This document shows positions 34,043-43,010 of a stretch of 64,000 bases of DNA, one piece after another. This DNA comes from an uncultured Hormoscilla sp. (GTDB lineage: Bacteria; Cyanobacteriota; Cyanobacteriia; Cyanobacteriales; Desertifilaceae). The position numbers and the translations under genes are program-made. The stretch's first letter is position 1. Each line of letters starts with the position of its first letter. The stretch covers positions 1,952,001 to 2,016,000 of the forward strand of contig OZ001293.3 of assembly GCA_963921275.4 (NCBI GenBank), read 5' to 3'. Below the pieces are notes generated by a model that ran no database searches, was not told the origin of the DNA, and worked only from the letters and a program-made list of their open reading frames with translations.

Positions 34043-34470
34043 AGGGTTTCGGTAACTGGTTATGGGCGATCGCGCTGGCGCTTTGCTACGAATTGGGCAG
34101 CTAAATACTGGCAGTCAATGCAGACAAGCTGCAAATATGCAACTCTCTACTATAACTCTCATTGTATGTGGCAAGTTTACGCGAAATTCAATCAAATTTT
34201 TCTGACCTCTGCCTCACGACCGTTTACTTCGAGCCTGAGTCCCTTGCTTCTATTAGCCTTTGCCTACTCACTGGCGATCGGGATGTCCTGGTTTTGAGAG
34301 ATCGCCCATTTTCTCTTGAAACTGTTCTCTTTGGGCGATCTCTTGTTCCCAGGCGATCGCCTGGGAAGGAGTTTCCATCAAGCCTGCGCAGGCAGGCTTT
34401 GTAACTGTAGCCGCACCCCTCGTTCCCACGGCTCTGCCTGGGAACGGGTGCGGGCGGCGGGTGACGGCGG

Positions 34471-35487
34471 CTACCGCACAAACAGGGGCATCACTTCCGC
34501 AGCAGTAAACAACCCATATAGTCCTCGCCGATGCAACTTAACCCCAGCTTTCAGATAACCAAAGGCAGGACCGCACACATTGGCTGCCATGCTGGTTTCA
34601 TCCCCTAAGGTAAAGGTATGGGTAGAAATCTGGCCTTCAAAGGTACGACCCGTTATTTTCACATTCGTACTCAGAGGCTTCTTGGGATTGCGCGTATCCA
34701 CAACGCCACCTACCGAAACCCGATCGCGCCCGCAAATTCCCGCCAATTCCAGCATAATATCATCGGCATGTTCCATATTCTCCAGGGCCAAGATCCCATT
34801 AGTTTTATCCAACAGGGCTGCCACCTCAGCATCACTCATCGCCCTCGCCTTCTCCACGTCATAACCGGGCATATGGGCAATATCCTCCCGAATAGTGGCC
34901 CGATAAGCTTCCCAATTGGCAATTCCCACCCCAAAGGTAATCTTCACACTGTGAATTTCTGCATAACTCTGGGCCGCCAAGGCCGCTGCTGCTGTCAATA
35001 ACCCGGGGGTGGCACCGCAACCGGTCATGTAAGTAATCCCCGCTGCTTGCAGATCCGACTGCAACTCCAACAGTTGCTCTACCGCACTGGTACGCTTCAG
35101 AGCATCTACCAGCACCCCGCGCCAACCGGAAGCGATAAACTGCCGCACTACATCCGCCATAAAGGTATTCGGCAAATTCGGCAAGGCCAGAAAATAACCA
35201 TCCACCTCCGTCCTCGTGGCGATTAATTCCTCAATGCTGCGATCGCTCTTGACAGAGTTTCCATTATTACCATTCGCCAGACAGCTATCGACATTTAACC
35301 CATTGCGATTGTAAGCGTAACCCTGGCGATCGGCAACTGCCACCCAAAGCATCTCCCGTTTCGGGGCCAGTACCTTAGCCGCCGCTTGTCCCAAACCGCC
35401 AAAACCCAGGATACCCACCCGTATGGGAGCGTTGGCCCGATCGCCTACAACCGATGCCGACCTATCCATCCCTTGCGTTGTACTCAT
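34471..35487 (-). CDS. bioU: BioU-type biotin-pathway dehydrogenase (saccharopine dehydrogenase-like)
   Basis: Rossmann [40 protein letters not shown] motifs. Confidence 0.8.
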   Translation of the reverse strand: MSTTQGMDRSASVVGDRANAPIRVGILGFGGLGQAAAKVLAPKREMLWVAVADRQGYAYNRNGLNVDSCLANGNNGNSVKSDRSIEELIATRTEVDGYFLALPNLPNTFMADVVRQFIASGWRGVLVDALKRTSAVEQLLELQSDLQAAGITYMTGCGATPGLLTAAAALAAQSYAEIHSVKITFGVGIANWEAYRATIREDIAHMPGYDVEKARAMSDAEVAALLDKTNGILALENMEHADDIMLELAGICGRDRVSVGGVVDTRNPKKPLSTNVKITGRTFEGQISTHTFTLGDETSMAANVCGPAFGYLKAGVKLHRRGLYGLFTAAEVMPLFVR

Positions 35488-35825
35488 TTGCCAGACTCCT
35501 AGCTGATTGCTGCGATGCTCATTCTACCCGAGACAGCCGTTCGCGAAGCGTCTTCGCAGACGAATCGTCGCCCCTACTGTGGACTTAACTCTATAGAAAA
35601 TATAAGTAAAATTGACATATAAATGAGAATACTGCTTATACTGTATACTAACTTTTGTTACGATTTAAATCATTATGCTGCGATTGTTTACTAGAAATGT
35701 AGTGAACAGGCCCTCAGCAACTAGATTCCAGTCCCATCGCCAAGCGGTGCATGGGCCAACAACATTGCCGTGTCTTCTGAGTAGCGTTTAAGGCGCTTTC
35801 AGGAGATACAGCGCCTCACCAGCCT

Positions 35826-36035
35826 ATGGAAACCCTAGAGTTCGTGATCTACCCCGACGGTCGGGTGTTGGAGAAAGTCACTGGCATTGTGGGCACTTCC
35901 TGTGCGGAAGTAACTGCGGCCATCGAAGCCCAGCTGGGCCAAGTGCTCAAGCAAGAACAAACTTCTGAGTTTTTTGCCAAAGTGCATCAACAGCATGAGG
36001 CGGTTACCACTCAAGCGACTTTTAGCGAGTGGTAG
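35826..36035 (+). CDS. DUF2997 protein
   Basis: IYPDGRV.EKV.GI.G..C...T..IE..LG.V....T.EF. Confidence 0.9.
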   Translation: METLEFVIYPDGRVLEKVTGIVGTSCAEVTAAIEAQLGQVLKQEQTSEFFAKVHQQHEAVTTQATFSEW

Positions 36036-36113
36036 GTTCCTGTGGGTCGCACCCGTCGGCCTCCTGACAGGAGGATGTCCTTTTTTTGTACCAAACAACC
36101 AATTAGAAGATAA

Positions 36114-36500
36114 ATGTCACACTTTAGCCAAATCAAAACGAAAATCCGTAACCTGGAATCCTTGCAAGCTGCTTTAACAGAACTGGACATTGACTGGAAA
36201 CCGGGTCCAGTCCCCGTGCGGGGTTATCGGGGACAGACTTACAATGCGGAAGTGGCGATCGAGCAAGACAATGGATACGATATCGGCTTCAGCTGGAACG
36301 GTCAAGAGTATGAAATGGTTTCCGACATGCAGTTCTGGCAGCAAAACTTGTCTGTGGACGGTTTCCTGAAGCAGATTACCCAGCGTTACGCATACCACAC
36401 TGTGGTCCAGGAAACCGTGAAGCAGGGCTTTCAACTGGCCGAACAACAGAAAAATGAGGATGGTTCTATCCGCTTAGTGCTGCAACGCTGGAGTTCCTAA
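36114..36500 (+). CDS. ycf35: DUF1257 / Ycf35 protein
   Basis: MSHFS.IKT...RGYRGQ...DIGF.WNG..Y...D...W...Q.YA...DGSI.LV..RW. Confidence 0.9.
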   Translation: MSHFSQIKTKIRNLESLQAALTELDIDWKPGPVPVRGYRGQTYNAEVAIEQDNGYDIGFSWNGQEYEMVSDMQFWQQNLSVDGFLKQITQRYAYHTVVQETVKQGFQLAEQQKNEDGSIRLVLQRWSS

Positions 36501-36979
36501 TGGATGATTTTGTTTTACATTCACTCCCAGATTTGTCTGAAGAGGACCCCTCACGCTCTGGTTTTGAGCCAGAATTAGGAGGGGTATGGCGGGACGAACC
36601 GGAACGTTCCGGTTTCGAGCCCGAACTAGGTGGAGTCTTGCGGCAAAAGGGCGTTTACGTCGATGAAGTTACCTGTATCGGCTGTAAACATTGCGCTCAC
36701 GTCGCCCGGAATACATTTTACATCGAACCAGATTACGGGCGATCGCGGGTAGTCAGGCAAGATGGCGACTCTGAAGCGCTAATTCAGGAAGCGATCGACA
36801 CCTGTCCGGTTGACTGCATCCACTGGGTAGATTACACGCAGCTCAAGCGGCTGGAAGCAGAACGGAAGTATCAAGTGATACCCGTCCCTGGATTTCCCGC
36901 TAGTCATGCTGCGAGCAACCGCCGCCTGCAACAGATCGAGAGAAACCGCAAGCATCCCTCACCGGAGCCCTCACCCTAA
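36500..36979 (+). CDS. Ferredoxin (4Fe-4S single-cluster type)
   Basis: YVDEVTCIGCKHC...AIDTCPVDCIHW. Confidence 0.9.
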   Translation: MDDFVLHSLPDLSEEDPSRSGFEPELGGVWRDEPERSGFEPELGGVLRQKGVYVDEVTCIGCKHCAHVARNTFYIEPDYGRSRVVRQDGDSEALIQEAIDTCPVDCIHWVDYTQLKRLEAERKYQVIPVPGFPASHAASNRRLQQIERNRKHPSPEPSP

Positions 36980-37020
36980 AGGGTGGGGCTACCAGAACAA
37001 AGCCCGCCTCCGCGGGCTAG
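36966..37020. repeat. REP-like/IS200-IS605-end-like double hairpin
   Basis: AGCCCTCACCC-TAAA-GGGTGGGGCT and AGCCCGC-CTCC-GCGGGCT. Confidence 0.6.
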
Positions 37021-37214
37021 TAACAGTTACCAAATTTAGTGATATATCTAGGTAAATATTGGAAAATTGCCCAGAAATTGATGTAATTTTCTGGCTGCAA
37101 CTAGGTATGGCTTGCTGAAAAAGAGTATAAGCCTTACTAGATAAGGGTTTCAGGCATTTTGACGGCCCTCCAAGTGCCTTGTTATGACACCAATTCACCA
37201 ACGTTTTTTGTCTA

Positions 37215-37579
37215 AGTGAGAGGTGTTACCGGCAGTTCTTCGAGTACGATGTTAGCTAGAACACACAACTAACACTAACTGCTTTCCCTTTTTGGGCCAG
37301 CGCATTAAGCCTTTTCGCTGGATCTTGATAACGATACTTACAGAGATTTGCTTGTTCTAACCTTGAGTCTCTTTCCTAGCGGCGTCACCGGTTTAGGCTA
37401 CCAGCTATCCTACATTTAAGTCCTCGCTTGGCACCACGGCGATGTTATGGAGCAGCACCTCCGACCGGTGTCACCCCCGTACCTGGGGGAGGGGAATCTA
37501 ACCCCCATGATCACCAGAGTTCCTAGTTTCCTAGGCTAGCGTTCCGTGTTTTACCACGTTAGGCGAGAACGAATCGCAC
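37215..37579 (-). ncRNA. Group II intron, 5' (domain I) fragment, copy 1
   Basis: Starts GTGCGATTCGTT; colinear with the complete copy at 41425-42293; no DV/DVI nearby. Confidence 0.85.
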
Positions 37580-37650
37580 GCGACCATACAAGTTTTACCA
37601 GGGTTGTTACATCTTTGGAAACGAGACTCCCTGACTTGGGCACAGGTTTC

Positions 37651-38160
37651 TTACTCGTCCTTTATCAATAGTGCCTTATTAATGCAAGTAAGAAACCTGT
37701 CTGCCAATACCCGCACATCAGGTTCGGTCAGCATGCTAAAGTGGTCGCCGGGAACTCCGATCAGATCGACAACACAGGTTACGCATCGGCAGAATTGATT
37801 TACTCACTGGTACTACGTAGTCTATCTTCATGTTAAGCGCTGTAAAGCGCAAGTCGTTCGCGTAGGCGTAGCCGTGTGCGCGCAGCGCAATCCCTTTCAA
37901 AGTATAGCGAAGATCAACCCGAGCAACGAAGAGTGTAATTTTCCCCGGGTAGCCAAGCATAAGATACTCTCCTTTATTCGCTCTCACAGAATCCCTAGAC
38001 TTTTGTGCTGTTAAATTGTCTTTTACTTCTCAGAGCAATTCACCCAACTGCTGAGCAAAACTCAGCAACGAACCCCGCAATAATCGCTTTTTCGTTGCCA
38101 TCAGAGTCAGCTTTAGTTTTTGCAGATAGCGATAGATCAGTCCAGAACCATAACCTTCTA
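37651..38160 (-). pseudogene. NRPS/PKS-type thioesterase C-terminal remnant
   Basis: YPGKITLFVA and VPGDHFSMLTEPDVRVLA in different frames; interrupted by a short repeat at ~37860. Confidence 0.65.
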
Positions 38161-38321
38161 ATATAGCTAGCAAAGCCACTGTCAAGTTTTATTAATGGAC
38201 CGACTCTCTAGGGAAAACCAAATTAGGGGGGTTAAATGGGTTTGTCAAGGTCCCTAACGCTGATGGCGGGAGCGTGACATGGGTAATTCCTTGTTTTTGT
38301 AATAACTCTATTTTTTGACCG

Positions 38322-38411
38322 TTCGATGTCTCCGGAGTAGTGCGAATACGATGCGCGAGGGGTAGTGCGATTAGCGCTCCCCGAGTGCATCGAGCTCTCC
38401 GGAGACATCGA
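38322..38411. repeat. Nested pair of hairpin micro-elements
   Basis: Outer TCGATGTCTCCGGAG/CTCCGGAGACATCGA; inner copy inserted right after TAGTGCGAATA. Confidence 0.85.
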
Positions 38412-38605
38412 AAGAGATTCTATTTCTGTAAAGGAGATCGTCATATAACCCGAAAAACCCAGGAGAGCCAATATATCCAATGGCCTGAAAAGATTGTATC
38501 ATGACAAAGTCCTTAAGTGAGAGAAGGGGGAGAAGAGAGGAAAAGGAATGCTTCGCACGCGCTCCCAGATGGCATTATAATCTGAGAATGCGTTGAGAGG
38601 AAAAG

Positions 38606-40468
38606 ATGAGACCAGGTGCTATATACCTAGGGAACGATCGCTGTGAATTTATAGTGTGGGGACCGCTACTCAAGGAAGTCACTCTAAATATAGTGGGGAC
38701 CGCACCGCGCCAGATCCCTATGGAACGGTCAGCAGGGGGTTACTGGAGAGTGACTGCCGATAACATTTCTCCAGGAACACAATACCTTTACCAATTGGAT
38801 GGGGAAAAGACTCGCCCCGATCCGGCATCATATTATCAGCCAGGTAGCGTCCACGAACCATCCCAGGTGATCGAGCGCCATGCTTTTGCGTGGCAAGCGT
38901 GGCGCTGTCCGGCCCTGGCAGATTGGATTATCTATGAGTTGCATGTCAGTACTTTTACTCAGGAGGGAACCTTCGCAGGGATTATTCCCCGCTTGCAGGC
39001 GCTAAAGGAACTGGGCATAAATGCGATCGAACTGATGCCAGTGGCCCAGTTTCCGGGAAGTCGCAACTGGGGTTATGATGGAGTCTATCCCTACGCGGTG
39101 CAGAATTCCTACGGGGGTCCGGACGGACTCAAGCAGTTGGTAAATGCCTGTCACGAAGCGGAAATGGCAGTGATTCTGGATGTAGTCTACAATCACTTCG
39201 GTCCGGAAGGCAATTACACCCGGGATTTTGCTCCCTACTTTACCGAGAAGTACCATACTCCTTGGGGAAGTGCGATTAATTTTGACGACGCCTACAGTGC
39301 GGGCGTGCGGAACTTCTTCGTGGAAAATGCTCTATATTGGTTGCAAGACTATCATATAGATGCCCTGCGTTTAGATGCAGTTCACGCTATCTACGACTTT
39401 GGGGCCAAGCATTTCCTGGCAGAATTGGCAGAAGCTGTCGAAAGCTTGTCCCAGCAGGAAGGTCGCCCTTACTATTTGATAGCGGAAAGCGACCTGAATG
39501 ACGTGCGCGTTATTCGACCTCAAGCACTAGGTGGCTACGGGATCGACGCCCAATGGAGTGATGACTTTCACCACGCCCTGCATACAGTCCTGACAGGAGA
39601 ACAAAAGGGTTATTACCAAGATTTTGGCAAATGCGAACAGTTGGCGAAAGCATGGCGCGATCGCTTTGTTTATGCTTGGGATTATTCCCCCGCTCGCCAG
39701 CGCTATCACGGCAGTCACTCTGCAGCTACCGCATCGCATCCCCCAGAGCAATTTGTGGTGTGCAGCCAAAATCACGACCAAATTGGCAATAGAATGTTAG
39801 GGGAACGCCTCTCGCAACTGGTATCCTTTGCCGGGCTGAAGCTGGCGGCGGCAACGGTTTTGCTTTCTCCTTACATTCCCCTGCTGTTCATGGGCGAAGA
39901 GTATGGCGAAGAGTCTCCTTTCCTCTATTTTATCAGCCACGGAGACTCGGATCTGACTGAGGCAGTCAGGCGAGGACGAAAAGCAGAGTTCGAGGCATTT
40001 CATGAGGTGGGAGAACCGCCGGATGCAGCGAGTCCGGAGACATTTAAACGCTGCATCCTTAAATGGGAGCAGCGCAGCCAAGGGAAGCATCAAGTGTTAC
40101 TAGAATTATATCGGCAGTTAATTGGGTTGCGCCGCCACATGCAGAAAGGGTCTGGCGATTGCGCTGCGCGCACGCTACGCGATCGGAAAAACCTGGAAGT
40201 ATTAGCAATAGAAAAGGAGAAAATATTAATTTTTCGCCGTGGGAGTCAGGAAAGGCAATTTGCCTGTATAATGAATTTCAACGACAAAGAGGTAAAATAT
40301 ACCTCATATCTAGAGGGGAATAAGCGATTAGATTCCAGCGCTGCTGAATGGTTGGGCGATGGCTCTACTTTACCAGAGTCCCTAACACCACCCCAAGAGT
40401 TAACCCTGCCACCCCAAAGTTTTGCGATCTACGAACAGGGGAATGTTGACTGGGAAGAAAAGGTGTAA
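38606..40468 (+). CDS. treZ: Malto-oligosyltrehalose trehalohydrolase
   Basis: GH13 motifs NWGYDGV, DVVYNH, LRLDAVH, WSDDFHH, QNHDQIGNR, FMGEE. Confidence 0.96.
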   Translation: MRPGAIYLGNDRCEFIVWGPLLKEVTLNIVGTAPRQIPMERSAGGYWRVTADNISPGTQYLYQLDGEKTRPDPASYYQPGSVHEPSQVIERHAFAWQAWRCPALADWIIYELHVSTFTQEGTFAGIIPRLQALKELGINAIELMPVAQFPGSRNWGYDGVYPYAVQNSYGGPDGLKQLVNACHEAEMAVILDVVYNHFGPEGNYTRDFAPYFTEKYHTPWGSAINFDDAYSAGVRNFFVENALYWLQDYHIDALRLDAVHAIYDFGAKHFLAELAEAVESLSQQEGRPYYLIAESDLNDVRVIRPQALGGYGIDAQWSDDFHHALHTVLTGEQKGYYQDFGKCEQLAKAWRDRFVYAWDYSPARQRYHGSHSAATASHPPEQFVVCSQNHDQIGNRMLGERLSQLVSFAGLKLAAATVLLSPYIPLLFMGEEYGEESPFLYFISHGDSDLTEAVRRGRKAEFEAFHEVGEPPDAASPETFKRCILKWEQRSQGKHQVLLELYRQLIGLRRHMQKGSGDCAARTLRDRKNLEVLAIEKEKILIFRRGSQERQFACIMNFNDKEVKYTSYLEGNKRLDSSAAEWLGDGSTLPESLTPPQELTLPPQSFAIYEQGNVDWEEKV

Positions 40469-40475
40469 AGTATCC

Positions 40476-40590
40476 TGTAGGGTGAGCGATCGAGAGGGTA
40501 ACGCACCGGGTTCGAGGGTTGCGGTCACTTGCCCCAGCGCCAGGAACGGGGTATACTATGCGGGTGGGTGAGCGAGAGGGTAACGAGAGC
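40476..40590. repeat. ~100-bp REP-like unit, repeated at ~42722-42826
   Basis: GAGGGTAACGCACC...GAGGGTTGCG..CACTTGCCC...ACGGGGTATA...GGGTG..CGAGAGGGTAACG in both copies. Confidence 0.75.
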
Positions 40591-40737
40591 ATCTCTATTT
40601 TTTCATCTAGCCCTCAATGTCTCGGCGATGTGCGATTAATGTGCTCCCACAGCCGCGCAGTGCTCAACCGCGCGCTGTGTCTCCCCTTTTGTGCGAGTAA
40701 GATGTCTCCGCCGTATCTCCTGGGTAGTGCGAATATG

Positions 40738-42448
40738 GGCGTTGCACAATTACGGGATGATTTAACTAGAGACAGGTATGCAATCATAACGTAAATAGTG
40801 TCAAAGTAACTTAATTGAAAGCTTTAACATTTATTCTGATTTTGAGTAACACAATGTTTTCCTTTTTAATCGAGTTATATAATGTCTTAATCGACAGTTT
40901 TCACGTTCAACACGAGTCATGTATGTTTTACTCACTATATGATCGATATCTTCAATAAACTTTGGATATACTGACCAACCATCCGTCACAAAAGATGCCT
41001 TTTATTATTTCCAGGCTTAAATATTTCTGCAGAACGGTCTCCTAAAGTCCATGCTATAATTCAAGGTTTAAAATGATTTACAACTGTCCATAACCACTTT
41101 TTATTCTTTTTTTCACCTACAATGTAACTCGTCAATCTCTGAAACCTCCGGTATCTCATAGTTTTCAGGGAGAACAGGCTCTTGTTGAGCTACTTGTTTT
41201 ACCCAATTTATAATAGTATTATGCTTGACATCAGTGATTCTTTCAATCCCTCGAAAGCCTTTCCCGTTGACGTACATTTTTAGACAATTTTCTTGAAATT
41301 CTTTCGGATAGCCTCGTGGAGAATAATGTTCAATAAACTGGCGACCACAATTTTTGCAAATCAAATTTTGCTTACCACGACCATTTTTATTAACTTTTTC
41401 AGAAGCGTGGACATTTCATGTTGGATGGGGTCGAGCCGGGAATCGCTTCCCGACCCTCCCTTGAGGAACCGGACTTGCGATTTTCACCGCATCCGGCTAC
41501 TGGGTACTAGGCCCTTTTCATAGGTAGACTTAATAGGAATTACTTCCGTTAGCCCTTGCCGCCTGTCTTTTCTTCCCTTTCCTGGTTTAGCGAGTGGTTA
41601 TTCTGATAACCGTTAGTATCACCATTTTCAAGTCAGTTTTACCAGTTATCCATACCTTATCCTCCACTTGCGTTTCGGATTAGTTCCGTGGCTTTTTAGG
41701 ATTACTCATTCCAGCAGCTTCCTAGTATCACCGACCCACGTCAGCGCTGGCTACCCAGCATCATCTACATTACTGTAGATGTTATCCCAGGAATTACCCC
41801 GGGCATTCGCTTCTTGGGCCATCCCTCCCCCCGTGGCTTGCGCTTAACATCTAACTTGTCCTGATGGACAGCACACGAGAGGTTACTTCGTTCCCTAACA
41901 ACATTTCGCGATACCTTTAGGTCCACACTATACCCCGGGAGCTATTTGAGTACTATATTAGCCAGAGTCTAAAACTAATACTAGCTACCATTTCCTTTTT
42001 AGGCCAGCGCATATAGCCTTATTTCGCTGGTTCCTTATAACGAGGCTTGCACATGTTTGCCTGCTCTAACCTTGGATATCTTTCCTAGCGGCGTCACCGG
42101 CTTAGGCTGCCAGTTATCCTACATTTGAGTCCTCGCTTAGCACCACGATGATGTCGCTTCGTAGCACCGAGGACCGGTGTCACCCCCGTACCTGGGGGGA
42201 GGGGAATTTAACCCCCATGCGGTCAGAGTTCCCGGCTAATGAAACCGGGCTAGCGTTCCGTGTTTGACCACGTTAGGCTAGAACGAATCGCACCAACTCC
42301 TTAAGATTATATATTAGCCTTAATATCCATTATAACACTGATTGGTACTCCTGTGTAAAATTAGCTTAGGCTGATTATAAATTGATGATGAATTATTGCA
42401 GATTATTATAATCTGCAATAATTCATCATCCCTTCGTTGTGCAACGCT
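40738..42448 (-). mobile_element. IS1-family element (degenerate insA/insB at ~40800-41419) carrying a group II intron
   Basis: TIRs GGCGTTGCACAATTACGGGATGAT / ATCATCCCTTCGTTGTGCAACGCT; 8-bp TSD CGAATATG (40730-40737, 42449-42456); MKCP..CKNCGRQF...GFRGIER..HNTIINW..EIDEL. Confidence 0.9.
41425..42293 (-). ncRNA. Complete ORF-less group II intron (869 nt), copy 2
   Basis: 5' GTGCG; domain V AGCCGGATGCGGTGAAAATCGCAAGTCCGGTTC; domain VI with bulged A ending GACCCCAT; no RT ORF. Confidence 0.9.
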
Positions 42449-43010
42449 CGAATATGATGTCCCCGAGGTGTCTCTTGGGTAGTGCGGGGTTGCCTGCGTT
42501 GCATCCCGTCGCGCAGCGTGGCGCAGCCATAGACATCGAAGTGCGTCCGGGGGACATCAAGCTCCCCCGCAGAGCACATTGTAGTCGCACTACCCAGGAG
42601 ACACGGCCCCCTCGTTCCCACGGCGATGTACTCCGGGCAGTACGAATAGTGCGCCCGGAGTACATAGAAGAAGCCTGGAAACGGGTGACGGCGGTGGTGG
42701 CGAGGCTTGCATTGAGATGCACCCGAGGGTAACGCACCGAGATCGAGGGTTGCGACCACTTGCCCGATCGCAAGGGACGGGGTATAGTACACTCTGCGGG
42801 TGGGCGTTCGAGAGGGTAACGCACCGCGATTGCGCTGCGCAATCGCACCAGGTGGCAGCGGCGGCCACTAGCATTCTCCACTGTCACGCACTTCGGTGGC
42901 ACTCGGTGTGTTGCGTACCGAAGGTGGGGGATGGTGAGAAGGGAAAGATGAGTGGGAGAAAGGGGGAAAGTCAAATCCAAGTAAAATTGCACAGAAGCAA
43001 AGGAGAAAAA

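Noticed and set aside
41520..41900. Intron-encoded RT/maturase ORF
   Set aside because: The region is too short and has no long frame or YADD-type motif.
42406..42992. Overlapping 94-188-aa ORFs
   Set aside because: Stop-poor translations of GC-rich palindromic repeats.
42717..43010. 98-aa N-terminal extension of TreY in the ORF track
   Set aside because: It translates repeat DNA; an AAGGAG RBS and the family-typical start MRVPIATYRLQF are at 43011.
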